NCBI GenBank assembly: GCA_043228905.1
Contig: JBHGNT010000011.1
Span: 11,160,001-11,224,000, forward strand
Source of the DNA: Azolla caroliniana
Lineage: Eukaryota; Plantae; Polypodiophyta
Direction of reading: 5' to 3'
DNA: 64,000 nucleotides
Position 1 is the stretch's first letter. Every line of letters starts with the position of its first letter. This document shows, piece by piece, positions 46,565 to 58,133 of the stretch. A program made the position numbers and the translations under genes. A model generated the notes under the pieces. It was not told the DNA's origin. It was given only the letters and a program-made list of their open reading frames with translations, and did not search any database.

Positions 46565-47604
46565 TGGGACTGAAGGAGGCATTGGTAGATATTGGGGACT
46601 ATTTGATTTATTGGAGGGGATTATACAACAAAAATCATGTTTCTATGGTTGATGGTTGTCTGGAATGGATGTATGGAGGGCTATCAATGTGTGTTCTGTA
46701 TAGATTATTAGTACTCCATTTGTATATATGTGTTTAACTTCTTGATTTAGTGTTTATGTGTATATTATCAAATGAAAATTTTAATACATGCTTCAACGTT
46801 ACTACTGGAGTGTTGTCTCTATTTTGGCACCCAAAAATGTAGCACTGCCTATGCCTTAATAATTGTCGTATATGTTTTGGGTATATTCTTTTATGTCTAA
46901 TGTCATGTAAACTAATAGTTACGAGTACGCTTTCTACTTCTAATTTTCATGTGTTGCCATGAACATATACATTTGGTATTATATCCTAATGATCTTTACT
47001 AAGGATTAATTGCGATGTATTGTATTCAATAATATGTAAATATCAATTTCTCAAATAGCATATACACCTCTCTTGGAAAGTTTAACCATTGTAAACCTCT
47101 GCATTTTACATCTCACGAAAATGGAATCCCTGTTTGTTAATGCTTTCCTCAAATAATTAATTTGTATCAAATGAATGCACGATAAACCCCAACCCTAAAA
47201 TTGTAAACATTGCAAAAATAAATCTCATACATTTATATTTTCTCCAATAAATAGCATGTTCTCTAGGTATAGACATGCATAGGATTAATAAATCAATAAA
47301 TTCACCATCTTTGGTTGATCATGTGATACTAGTGCACATCTTATTTCACAACAGGCTAAAATTGTGTGACTACAAAGGGAATCTAAAAGTGAAATGCGTG
47401 ATCCTTCCACTTCTGAACGCGAACGTGTTATAAATGACTATTAACAATTATAGCCTCGAGTCGGCTTCAACCGATTCGACTATTAGCAAAATCGATTTTC
47501 GATCAATTGTTGATTAGTCGATTTTTCGGAATCGGTCGAGTTAGCCATCGACTAATTCGGCTTATCTCTCCATCTAGAGGGACCAATTTCCTAACAAGAG
47601 AGAG

Positions 47605-48545
47605 ATTCTATTATCATCATCGGAGATCAAATATGACCAATGAGACCAAAAATATTACATTTCACGTGACACATGTGAAAGTGAGTAGCAACTCTCGATG
47701 TTCAAGAACTTTACCAATGAATGTTACAATTGGATGTCCACATTGTGGTTGTGAGAGAAATTCCCACAAGGATTAGGCTTGGTCGAAGATGTGTGGAAAG
47801 CATGGTCGAATATGATCAAAGGCAAAGCATTGTATCAAAGTGTGCTACTCAAGACTCTCTAACTTGTTTAGGACAAAGTGTGCACAATCGACCACCCTCA
47901 TCACTTGTGCCCCAATGCCCCGCCCTATCTCACATCACAATGCATGTGAGCTAAGTCTCATGGAAGCAATGGTTCGAATGGCAGACAACGGGATGGGCTC
48001 TAACATGTATTGATTTGTATGGTTTCCTTGTTTTGCAAAGAATATGGTTTTGTAGTTAGGTATAACATGTGTATTATAATGTGTGATGCATGAGCCCCCA
48101 TAGTTGTCCCGTGTCATGATACATTGTCATTGCAAAAAGGCTTCATTAGCAAAGGAATCTAGTGATACATCATGAAGCAAGTGTGTTGCATCCCATTTTT
48201 TCCATATCTTGCATCCAATCGGAAAACAAAAATTTGCTTTTATGCGTCATTTAGATCTTTTTTCTTGCTTACCATGCAACCCTAAGAAGTCGATGTGAGG
48301 GACTTTTTTTGAACCTTAAGCGCGTATTCTACAAAACTTTCCACAACCATGATCTCAATGAGAAGTGATCCTGTCTCAAGCAGGAAGAGGGTGTATGGCG
48401 TTTGTTTCTTAACTTGTAGAAACTTTGTAAGAAAATGTTTTTGGGCATTTTCAAACTCTTTCCAAGTAGATGTAGGGATACTACCATTCCATACTTCCAC
48501 CCTATAGAGAAGCACCGGTGTCATCAAAGTGTCAAAATGGTATCG

Positions 48546-48546
<1 letters not shown>
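47605..48546 (-). mobile_element. 5'-truncated LINE fragment (RT C-terminus and zinc finger) flanked by (GA)n on both sides
   Basis: TPVLLYRVEVW..LLETG; TIASMRLSSHAL*CEIGR..RLCTLCP; (GA)n at 48549-48580 and at 32587-32600/47597-47605. Confidence 0.75.
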
Positions 48547-48583
<37 letters not shown>

Positions 48584-49364
48584 AAAGCTAAAGCCACCTA
48601 AAGAAATGAAAACACCTACATAGAATGTTGAGAGGGTTTGCTCCCATTTTAAGATGACTGAAGTGATTACACATATTATTATTATTTTATGTGCCATGGA
48701 GCACAAAGACCATGGAAAGGTTGACTCCTCCTTTAATTTGCATGATATCAAATATGTTATGTTGGGATTCGGTCAAGTGGAATATTGAACTTAACTATGC
48801 ATATGGTAGCTTGTAGATTTTAACTATTGCAAGACATGTGTTTAAACTCACAACCATGGATATCTAATGTTCAATATTTCACTTAGAACAAGGGTTTAAC
48901 ACATGGGAGAACAACTGTGACTAAGTCTTCATGGTAGCAATTACTGAATGGATGTATTTCACTTAGGATTCCTTGTTCTTCATGTGTTCAACACCTGGTT
49001 GTCTCATGGCAAGAAGCGCTTTCCTTATTTGTATGGAAACCATCATCTTGTTATACGTAAATGAGTGTATAGGTGTGATGGTACGTGGATGAATAAGTGT
49101 AAAGTCTTTGTATGAAATGTCATTTTGTAAGTGTATATACAAATGTGCACAAGAGTACATGTGAGTATATTGATATGTGTGTAAACACATGCACATTTGT
49201 GTGCATGTGTGCAAAAAATGGAAGAGTGGTGTAAAGTGGGTGTAGGTTGTCAAAAGGGTATGTAACTTCCCTACATGCCTCATTGTATTTTCTTGGATTG
49301 TGACCTTCATGTACTCCCACCCATGAGGCATGAATGATATAGAAGAAGTTTCCTCTCTAATTTG

Positions 49365-49366
<2 letters not shown>

Positions 49367-49420
<54 letters not shown>
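49367..49420. repeat. (TC)n microsatellite
   Basis: Perfect dinucleotide run. Confidence 0.95.
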
Positions 49421-49423
<3 letters not shown>

Positions 49424-51509
49424 CCCCCTCGGGAGGGGGGTGGAGCCATTCTTAGCTCCAACCCCCACCTAAAACACCTTAAACCATATTCTGTACCAAT
49501 TGGGATACTATCCCAAAACTAAGAATCACTAAGGGGCCCAGTCCCTAAGAAGGCAACACCTAGTCCAACCGAGTAGTCCCAAGGGACCACCCAATGGCTA
49601 GTCCCAACAACTAACCACCCCAACGGCCATATTTGGCTGATATAAGGAGGATTACTTCTCATTTGTAACCATTCCCATATTCTGAGATTCACTCTTCAAA
49701 TAAGCCCACAATGGAGACATTTAAAAACAACTTTACCACCATATTTAGTAGATAAGCCCAAATTTGGTAATAGAACCCTCTTTGAATAAATATAGGGGGT
49801 AAGCTATGTATGTGATGTATTGGTTGTCTTCTCCAAATTTGTGGATTTAACTCACACCAATAAGACAAGAATACAATTAGCCTTGCAACATAAGCAAAAG
49901 CAACATCGTTAGCTAGAGTGCATCCAAACACTAGGAAAACATATCATGATATGTATTTATGAATTAAAAATGGCCCAATCTATTACACAAGAAATTATAG
50001 CATTCTAGTACTATAAACAATAATATGAATCATCAACAACCTATCACAAAAATAGAGGTTCAACAACCTAAACCTCATTATCAATTAGGTTCATGCATTC
50101 CTTATGAAATCCTACACAAACTATACAATTCAAATGGTGTGGAGAATCTTGATCTTCAACTTTTACACATGATTTCCAACAAAGTGGTATGATTCCTTGA
50201 CCTTGATGAGGTGCCCAACCACATCTCAAGAGGGAAATCATAGTTTACTTTCCATATGTAATCTAGTCAAAACTCACTATTCAAGAACTTGGATGACATT
50301 TGTATGAAGCTTGCTACTTAACTATAGGCTCCCTATGCTACAAAACCTTTGTATAAGATTGGTAGCATGCCTATTTGACTTTGTTCTCATGGCTGGCCAT
50401 GAATGTTGACTACCAGTGTTACATTAGTACATAAAATTCATGTTCGTCTAACACAACATTTGTTTTCCTACATTGGAAAACGAATGCGAATGTTATTCAA
50501 GCATTCTTGTGTTTTTTTTTGTTTTTTCCCCATTTTTTTAATGTTTTTTTTTGTTTTTATTTTTATTTTTAGGCTTATTTACCTCATAATAAATAGTTTA
50601 TCCAAAAGTATGGTATTTATCATTCTTTAAGGGTGTTTTTCTTACACGAACAAAACTTACATCCATAAGATAATGCCATGAAATAGCATTTTACCAACAA
50701 TGCACAAGAGTGGACATCTAGTTTCTTGAATCACAACCAATGGAAATTGTTGAGTGATAAGGAGGTTTTCCATGCTTATTGCAAGTTACACAAATGAATT
50801 TCAATGAGGTGAACAATGTGTTCATATATGTTTCAATAAGAAAGCATAATAATCTCAAAGCCCAACTTTAGTTTATTCTTTTCACTTAAAAACTAAGTCC
50901 TCTCAATTTATTATGATTATATCATATATGTATATCTTATTTCAATATGACTAAGCTAGAAACCCTGAAACTACATATAAAATTCAAATAAAATCATGTA
51001 TTCAAAACTTCAGTTAGATATACTTGAATATGCCTTCTATAAAATGGCGTATGCTTCTCTTTGAATATTCCACAAGGACTTTAAAACAAGATTAAACGAA
51101 GTATTTTAAACAATATCACACAACTCTATGGAGCAAAGACTAATAAAGCATGGACCTCATTTGAGATCTTTAAGAACTTGAAATACCCTTGTGCACTATG
51201 TCAGTAACTTCAGATTCCAAAACATACAACACCTATGTATGGGCTTTCAAGCCGTTGTCATAAATCGTAAACCTCGGAAGACATACAAAACTGGTTTACA
51301 ATGCAATGGAGACCAAAAGGTCACATGTTCCATACCTACATTTCACATTGGCGTGTGAATTGGTGGGATTTGAACCCGGGTTAATAAACTACTGCACATC
51401 ACAAGGGTATAACCTCAATACAAGAAATTAATTATCTAGGTAGTTTCTATGGCTAAAAACTCCTGTTTACTGACTTTACCAACACATTTGCATTGCTCAA
51501 GAACTCGAA

Positions 51510-51791
51510 TCAAGATGCTTGATCCACAACTTTTGTGAAAACGTCCTCTAATGTAGTGTCAGTGAAACCCCACGCTTGTATGTCAATGTGCATCTTGGCA
51601 TTCACAACACTTCTAAATACATCAGCTATTGACACGTCTGCCCTTGATATCTCAAATTTCTGAGTTCCTGAAAGGCTGTATATTCTCTTTGAAGTAGAGG
51701 ACAATTCATTCACTAGCTTCAAAACCTCTTCTTCCTGGCTTGGAGGTGTGCTTATTGTAAACAAATATAAACCTCCATACCTTGATTTGAG
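51510..51791 (-). CDS. ABCA terminal exon
   Basis: LKSRYGG..SGTQKFE..AWGFTDTTLEDVFTKVVDQAS*; acceptor at 51792-51793. Confidence 0.92.
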   Translation of the reverse strand, partial: LKSRYGGLYLFTISTPPSQEEEVLKLVNELSSTSKRIYSLSGTQKFEISRADVSIADVFRSVVNAKMHIDIQAWGFTDTTLEDVFTKVVDQAS

Positions 51792-54700
51792 CTGACAACA
51801 GAAAATCCAGCATTTCCATGATGATTTTTGCATACAATAGCATTACTTGTTTTCGCTTCAAGAAAAATATAATAGATCATGAAGGTAAGAAGCTGATTAT
51901 GCAGGGTGGAACTTACCTCTTCAGCAGTGCCAATGCATTGAAGCTTGCCTTTCACAAATATTCCAACACGATCACAAAGTGCCTCCGCCTCCTCCATTGA
52001 ATGAGCTACCAAATTACAGTCAAATAACAGTTTGTATGAGTAAAAACTAGTTTATATGAGTCACCGTGTACCATGGTAATGCTTATGTTTTATTAACCAC
52101 ATCCCAGTTAAAGTTTTATTAACCACATCCAGTTTATGACTTATTAACCTTATCCCAGTTTATGTTTTATTAACCATATCCCAGTTTACGTGAAAATATA
52201 ACATTTTAGTCAAATTCAGCTTCTAAAAATCAATAGACTGAGCTGCATTCCAAAGATCTCCAACATGGCTGCTCCAAAGGGAGGGGCACCCTTCGAACCA
52301 GGTGATAAGGGCCTTTCTTTGTTGATGATAAAGGCAACAAGGCTGCAATCCAGATGTTCGCGGCCTACTTGCACAGCAAATTGCTATTGCTTGATCTATT
52401 GTAACCCCTTTTTGAGTGTCTTGGTCAATGACTAGAAACCAGCAACGGCTAGGCTTGGTTCAGTTCAGCCTTGAGCTTGATTCAGTTTGGCTTGAGCCTT
52501 GCTAAACTGGTTAAGGCTTTACCGCCTTGGCCTTATTCAGGCCAAACCAGTTAAGCCGAATCTGAACCATTGTTGATCCCTATTGAGAACCACTTGTATA
52601 GTCCTTGATTGGCTTATAGAGTGAGAAGATACGCCTAGTCAGGGTTTACAGAAAAATCCTCTATACAAAATAAAGTAAGTAGATGTCTTTGTAGGCCCTC
52701 TAGAGAGTCGACAATAAATACTGTTATTGGCATACAGCAATATCAATATGGCTACCTGTTGAGAATGATTAACGTTGTTGCCCAATGGCTAGCCAGCCCC
52801 AACAGCTAGTTAGCCCAACTGCCATATATTGGCCTTTATAAAGAAGAGCCTTCTCCTCCTTATGTGAGACAAACCATCTCTGTATTTTTCTCTCTTGTTG
52901 TAACCCTAGATCCGCCCCTCTGCTGGTGTGAATGCGGTCAGAACAGCACCGTGGTAACATTCAAGAGAGGAAGAGGGGGCTTCTCCCATTAGGATGTTCG
53001 CTCTCTCTTGTTGTAACATATATGTATACTCTTGAGAATAAATGGAAGGAGAATGTTCAGTTTGCAGTTTTATCAGAGAGAGGTTGCTGCTCGTTGGTCC
53101 CCTGCAGCTTTGTCAAACCCTAGATCCGCCCCCCCTTTAGGATGGCAGTGCTATATGATTTAGAGGTGACTTGAGAAAAGAAGTCAAAAGAGAAGAGAAG
53201 AGATAATCTAGATTGAGAAGATGGATGAGGTGAAAACATTGGTGAAATACATGAAGCCGGCTGAGATTGTAGTATCTGGAAGTGAGACTTGAACTCCTTC
53301 CAGTTGAGTTGACTTCAAACTCGATGTATTGGCCACATACTTGAGTTGGTAGCGTCAGATTATAAGCGCCTTTGAAGGAAGGGGTCTTGATGGCTATCTG
53401 ACACAGTGAGTGGAAAGTACAGAGAGCTACCCACATGTTTTTGTATACTTGGCTTCTCAACTCCATGGTTCCATCAATTGCCACCACTGTTGATAAAATT
53501 CAAAATGTGTAATGATATTTGAGAGAAATTACAGAAAACCTATGTTGGGAGGGAAAATAACATGAGTGTTTCTTTTTGTTTGTGATGCCTGTGAATTTGG
53601 TAAGCTTACTAGAAGCTGGTATGTTAGTTCAAGTCATAGGAGTTCCCCTGCTTTTGATATAATACACTCTGATGTTTGGGGACCGTGTTCCACAAGTTCG
53701 ATGAATGGATATAGATATTTTGTCTCTTTCATTGATTGCTTCTCTTGTGTTACGTTATATTTGATGAAAAATAAGAATGAAGTGTTTGCTTGCTTTAAAG
53801 ATTTTCATAGAGCTGTTCAAACTCAATATGGTGCAATAGGAAAGGTATTGAGGTCCGTAATGGAACTAAGTATACTAACATTACGTTTAAGGAATACTTG
53901 TCAAATCAAGGAATACAACATCAAACTATATGCCCATATACATCAGCACAAAATGGAGTAGTAGAGAGGAAGAACATACCTATTCTAGAGGTAACAAGAA
54001 GCAAGATGATTTCTATGAATATCCCAAAGCAGCTGTGGGGACAAGCAGTTTTGACAGCTGCCGCATTGATTAATAGAATGCCCTCTAGAGTATTGCAGTG
54101 GAAATCTCCATGTGAGTTGTTGCAAGGAGATTACTCTGGGATTCTTCCATTGAAAGTGTTTGGATGTGTGTGTTTTGTAATGGATAGTAGACCATCTGTA
54201 GGAAAGCTTGATCCCAAAGCTGTGAAATGTGTATGTGTGATACTCTGCCACACAAAAAGGGTATGTTTGTTGGAGTCCAGTGGAAAAGAGATTATTTGTT
54301 AGCATTCACCTTTTGATGGGTCAATTGAGACTGAAAATATGAGGGAAGAAGGAGAGTGTGGTGCGAGGTTGCTGAAAATAGGATCAATTCCTTTGTTGAT
54401 CCCTACACCAGTTGAGAAACAAGTGAGCGTAGGAGATGAGGAAGAAGAAGAGGAACTTGCATGCGTTGGGACTCGAGCTGAGGGGGGGCTAAAGGTGTAT
54501 ACCCGGTGGAGGAGGCAGAAGGAAATATGAACAAGTCTAAAGCACCACTTGTGCCATCAAGTCCCATGTCCCAACTTGCCTCAACTTTTCAAATACTTAT
54601 AGAACTCTCAAACCTAGAAAACACAGGTGATATGATTTCCTCTCCTTCGCCTATAGCGGTTAGGAGGACCTCTCGCAGTAATACAGGAATCCCTCTTGTT

Positions 54701-57700
54701 TGTTATGGGTTTCCTCAAGATATTGCTCAGTTATCTCTTATTCTAACATATCACCTACACATAGAGCATTCATTGCATCATTAGACTCTGTCACTTTACC
54801 CAAGTATTGGAAGGTTGTTCAAGAAGATCCAAAGTGGAAAGAAGCTATGCAAGAAGAACTTGGAGCTCTTGAGAAGAACAAAACTTGGGAGATTGTGCCA
54901 CTACCACCAAGAAAGCAGGCAATTGGGTTGGGTGCAAATGGGTGTTTACTATAAAACAGACCCCAGAGGTCAAACTAGATCGTTACAAGGCACGATTAGT
55001 AGCTAAGGGATATAGTCAGATATATGGCATTGATTACGATGAGACTTCTGCACCTGTGGCGAAGTTGAGCATTGTTAGAACGCTTATTTCCTTTGGAGTG
55101 AATACAGATTGGAAATTACATCAATTAGATGTAAAATATGCATTCCTTTATGGAGAGTTGATGGAGGAAGTGTACATGGATATCCCCCCAAGTTTTGGTA
55201 CAATTCAAACAGTAGGCAAGGTTTGTAGACTAAAGAAATCGCTTTATGGACTGAAGTAGTCTCCTCGGTCCTGGTTCAACAGGTTAAGAAGGGCTATGGT
55301 GGGTACGGGATACTGGCAGATCAATGCTGACCATCTAGTGTTTTTCCAACACAAGGAGCATACTACATTACTTGCTGTGTATGTGGATGATATAATTATC
55401 ACGGGTGACAATGACGGAGAGATTGCCCAACTAAAGGTGCAATTGGGTAAAGAGTTTGAGGTGAAGGATCTAGGTTTGCTACAATATTTTCTTGGAATTG
55501 AGGAGTTGTTCTATCTCAGAGAAAATATGTATTAGATCTTCTCAAAAACTGGAATGTTGGGCTGCAGGCCTGTAGCTTCTCCAATTGACCCAAAGATCAA
55601 GCCAACTGAAATTGCAGGAGAGAAAGTTGATTGTGAAGGTATCAGAGATTGGTAGGTCGGTTAATTTATTTGACTCACGCTCGTCCAGATATTTCATTAG
55701 CGGTAAGTGTGGTAAGTCGCTACATGCATGATCCGAGGAAAGATCACATGGATGCAGTGTACCAGATTCTGAGATATCTCAAAGGTGCATCAGGGAAGGG
55801 ATTGATCTTTAGAAAACATGGTCATTTCAATATTGAGGGTTATTGTGAGTGTGATTGGGCTAGTTGTGCTGATGATAGGAAACCCACATCAGGATATTGC
55901 ATGTTTGTTGGGGCCTATCTGGTCTCTTGGAAGAGTAAGAAACAGTCGGTAGTATCAAGGTCAACAGCCGAAGCAGAGTATAGAGCTATTGCTGTAGTAG
56001 TTGTGGAGATGATGTGTCTGAGAGCTCTCCTAATAGAACTAAGGATGAATCAAGAAAGTCGGATGAGGTTGTGGTGTGACAATAAGTCAGCAATCAGCAT
56101 TGCCAACAATTCGGTGCAGGATGATAGAACCAAGCACATCAAAATCGACTGATTCGTTACCAAGGAGAAGCTTGATAGTGGACTGATATTTTATTGAGAC
56201 CAAAGTTTCCATTATGAAAATGAAGTGATAGGGAGGTCAGCACTAAACAACAGAATGAAACAAAGTAATTTTCCCTATTCTAATTTCTAAGCCAGGTGAT
56301 AAGTAAATCAAGGACCTGGCTATTTAAGATTATTTAAAGAAACTGATTTACACAATTAAAACTCTTTCTCCTAAAGATAAAATAGCAAAAAAAGCACACA
56401 CAATAACTCTTACTGGTAAGAATTATAGCACGCCCTTGCTTTGAATTTTTTACCACATTCCATAAAAAATTTCTGGATGCAGGATCAAGTCCCGCACTTG
56501 GCTCATCCATGTAAACCACCTGCACATCAGAACTTACATATAAAACACCCCATCTTGCAAGCAATGTGATTAAGAGGAAAAGTATTGGATCAAAAATACT
56601 AGTATAAAGGCATAGGGATATCGATGTGTATAGGGCATTTGTTATCTCAGCTCCATGACATAATTGTATTCAATCCTCTAATCCTATAATAAAACTGTCC
56701 CAATTTCCACTGCCATGAAGAGTCAGCATGATGAGTATATAAACCTATGCCAGTTCCATGCATGATTTTGGGAGTGGTATATTTGTCCCAAAGGGTAACA
56801 AAGCCAAGATCTTGTATGCAGAATTGTGGATCATGTATATATTAACAAATAGAATTGCTCCCAAGCAGGATGTGCAAATCTAATCTCCTAATTAGAGTGT
56901 GATTCTAACTTCCACAGTATTATCCTCACATTTTTTCTTAAAACAAACAATAGATTGAATCTAGTTAAATTTTCTCTACACACATCAGAGGATGGATTCA
57001 TCATCAGGCCACCTTATATGGACATAACTCTATCCTATGCGCTGTGCAGTGTGATAGGGCAGCTGCGAGCATCCTCACATCAGTTAGAGATTGAGGTACG
57101 CAGATATACACGAATACCTCTAGAAGAAAGAATTTGCCAACTGTGTCATCAAGGAGTGGAATCTGAAGAACACTATGTTTGTCGCTGTAGTGTCTTTTAT
57201 GAAATTAGAAGGAGATACCATTGCCTCTTTAAACAAGGCTTTGGCCCGCTATGCAAGGTGACAATGCCTAGGACTTTTCTTGGTAGAAGTCAAGAGACAT
57301 AGGGAAAAGTTGTTGAAGGACAATAATACAGCCACGGAAGCTCATCCACAAAGGACAATCACAACTTTCTTTAGCCCCATCACTCCTACTAACGCTACAA
57401 GTCAATCAAGGGATACAGAAATGGGCTCCCGACCAAGACAGAACAAAGGGATTACAATTGATCGGGCAATAGCAATTTGTCGTGCACGTAGGCCCCGGCC
57501 CCCTGGACCACGACCTCAGCACCCTTGTCATCGACAGATAAAGGCCGTTATCTGCCGCCATCACAGGTCCTTCCCTCGCTTCAGAGACCTATCCATTCTA
57601 GATCGGCCTATGCTAGAGATCTTTTGAAGACAAAAGTTACAATATGTCTAACTTGAGAATCTCACAGGTACCGAAAACTAGATTCCCTCGTCTGTTTTTA

Positions 57701-58086
57701 TCTTATTTACTTTTATATTTACTGAGAACTACTTATTCAATTTTGATTTGTTGTTCTCAAAGACGAGACAACAGTTAAGTCTAATCTCTTGTTTGGTCTT
57801 ATAGGTCATTTTGGCCTCTTAAAAGACGTTAATATTTCTCTTTCTTTTTTTCTGCGCCCTTGATGAGCTAGCTGAACTTGCACTCGTACACCACCTGTGG
57901 GCTTATACTCTGAATGCTGGATTTTCTACGATGAGATCAGATCTGTTGTTCTCAAAGACGATTTTTTACGGAGTATTATTTACTTATTTTTTTGATTTGT
58001 TGTTCTCAAAGACGAGACAACACTTAAGATGTAATCTCTTGTTTGGTCTTATAGGCCATTTTGGCCTCTTAAAAGACGTTAATATT

Positions 58087-58133
<47 letters not shown>

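Larger units (their letters stand above)
41855..47428. mobile_element. TIR DNA transposon (5574 bp) with Sola1/DUF7869-like transposase, inserted in the 5' LTR of Copia G
   Basis: 34-bp TIRs ACACGTTCGCGTTCA(T/G)AAGTGGAAGGATC(G/A)C(A/G)CA at 41855-41888 and 47395-47428; flanking TATAAA/TATAAA; the host LTR rejoins when the insert is removed. Confidence 0.9.
32601..47596 (-). mobile_element. Ty1/Copia retrotransposon G (related to C/E), decayed; host of Copia H and the TIR element
   Basis: 3' LTR 32601-33090, PPT 33091-33102; 5' LTR 41510-41854 + 47429-47596; iMet PBS 41496-41506; TSD AGAGA (32596-32600/47597-47601); gag ATG at 41493, PR WVVNSGASFHLTP, INT 40169-39443, RT with internal deletion near 34100. 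Confidence 0.92.

Noticed and set aside
51361-51380. B-box plus CCA (CCCGGGTTCAAATCCCACCA, minus strand) downstream of the ABCA stop
   Set aside because: Only 20 nt, with no A box or cloverleaf; at most a SINE remnant.
52455-52570. MITE-like imperfect inverted repeat (TGGTTCAG...CTGAACCA)
   Set aside because: Short and degenerate; no TSD or second copy in the window.
56690-56935. Coding-looking minus-strand stretch (QFCIQDLGFVTLWDKY) in an ABCA intron
   Set aside because: Contains a stop, is not needed by the exon chain, and matches no family I recognise.
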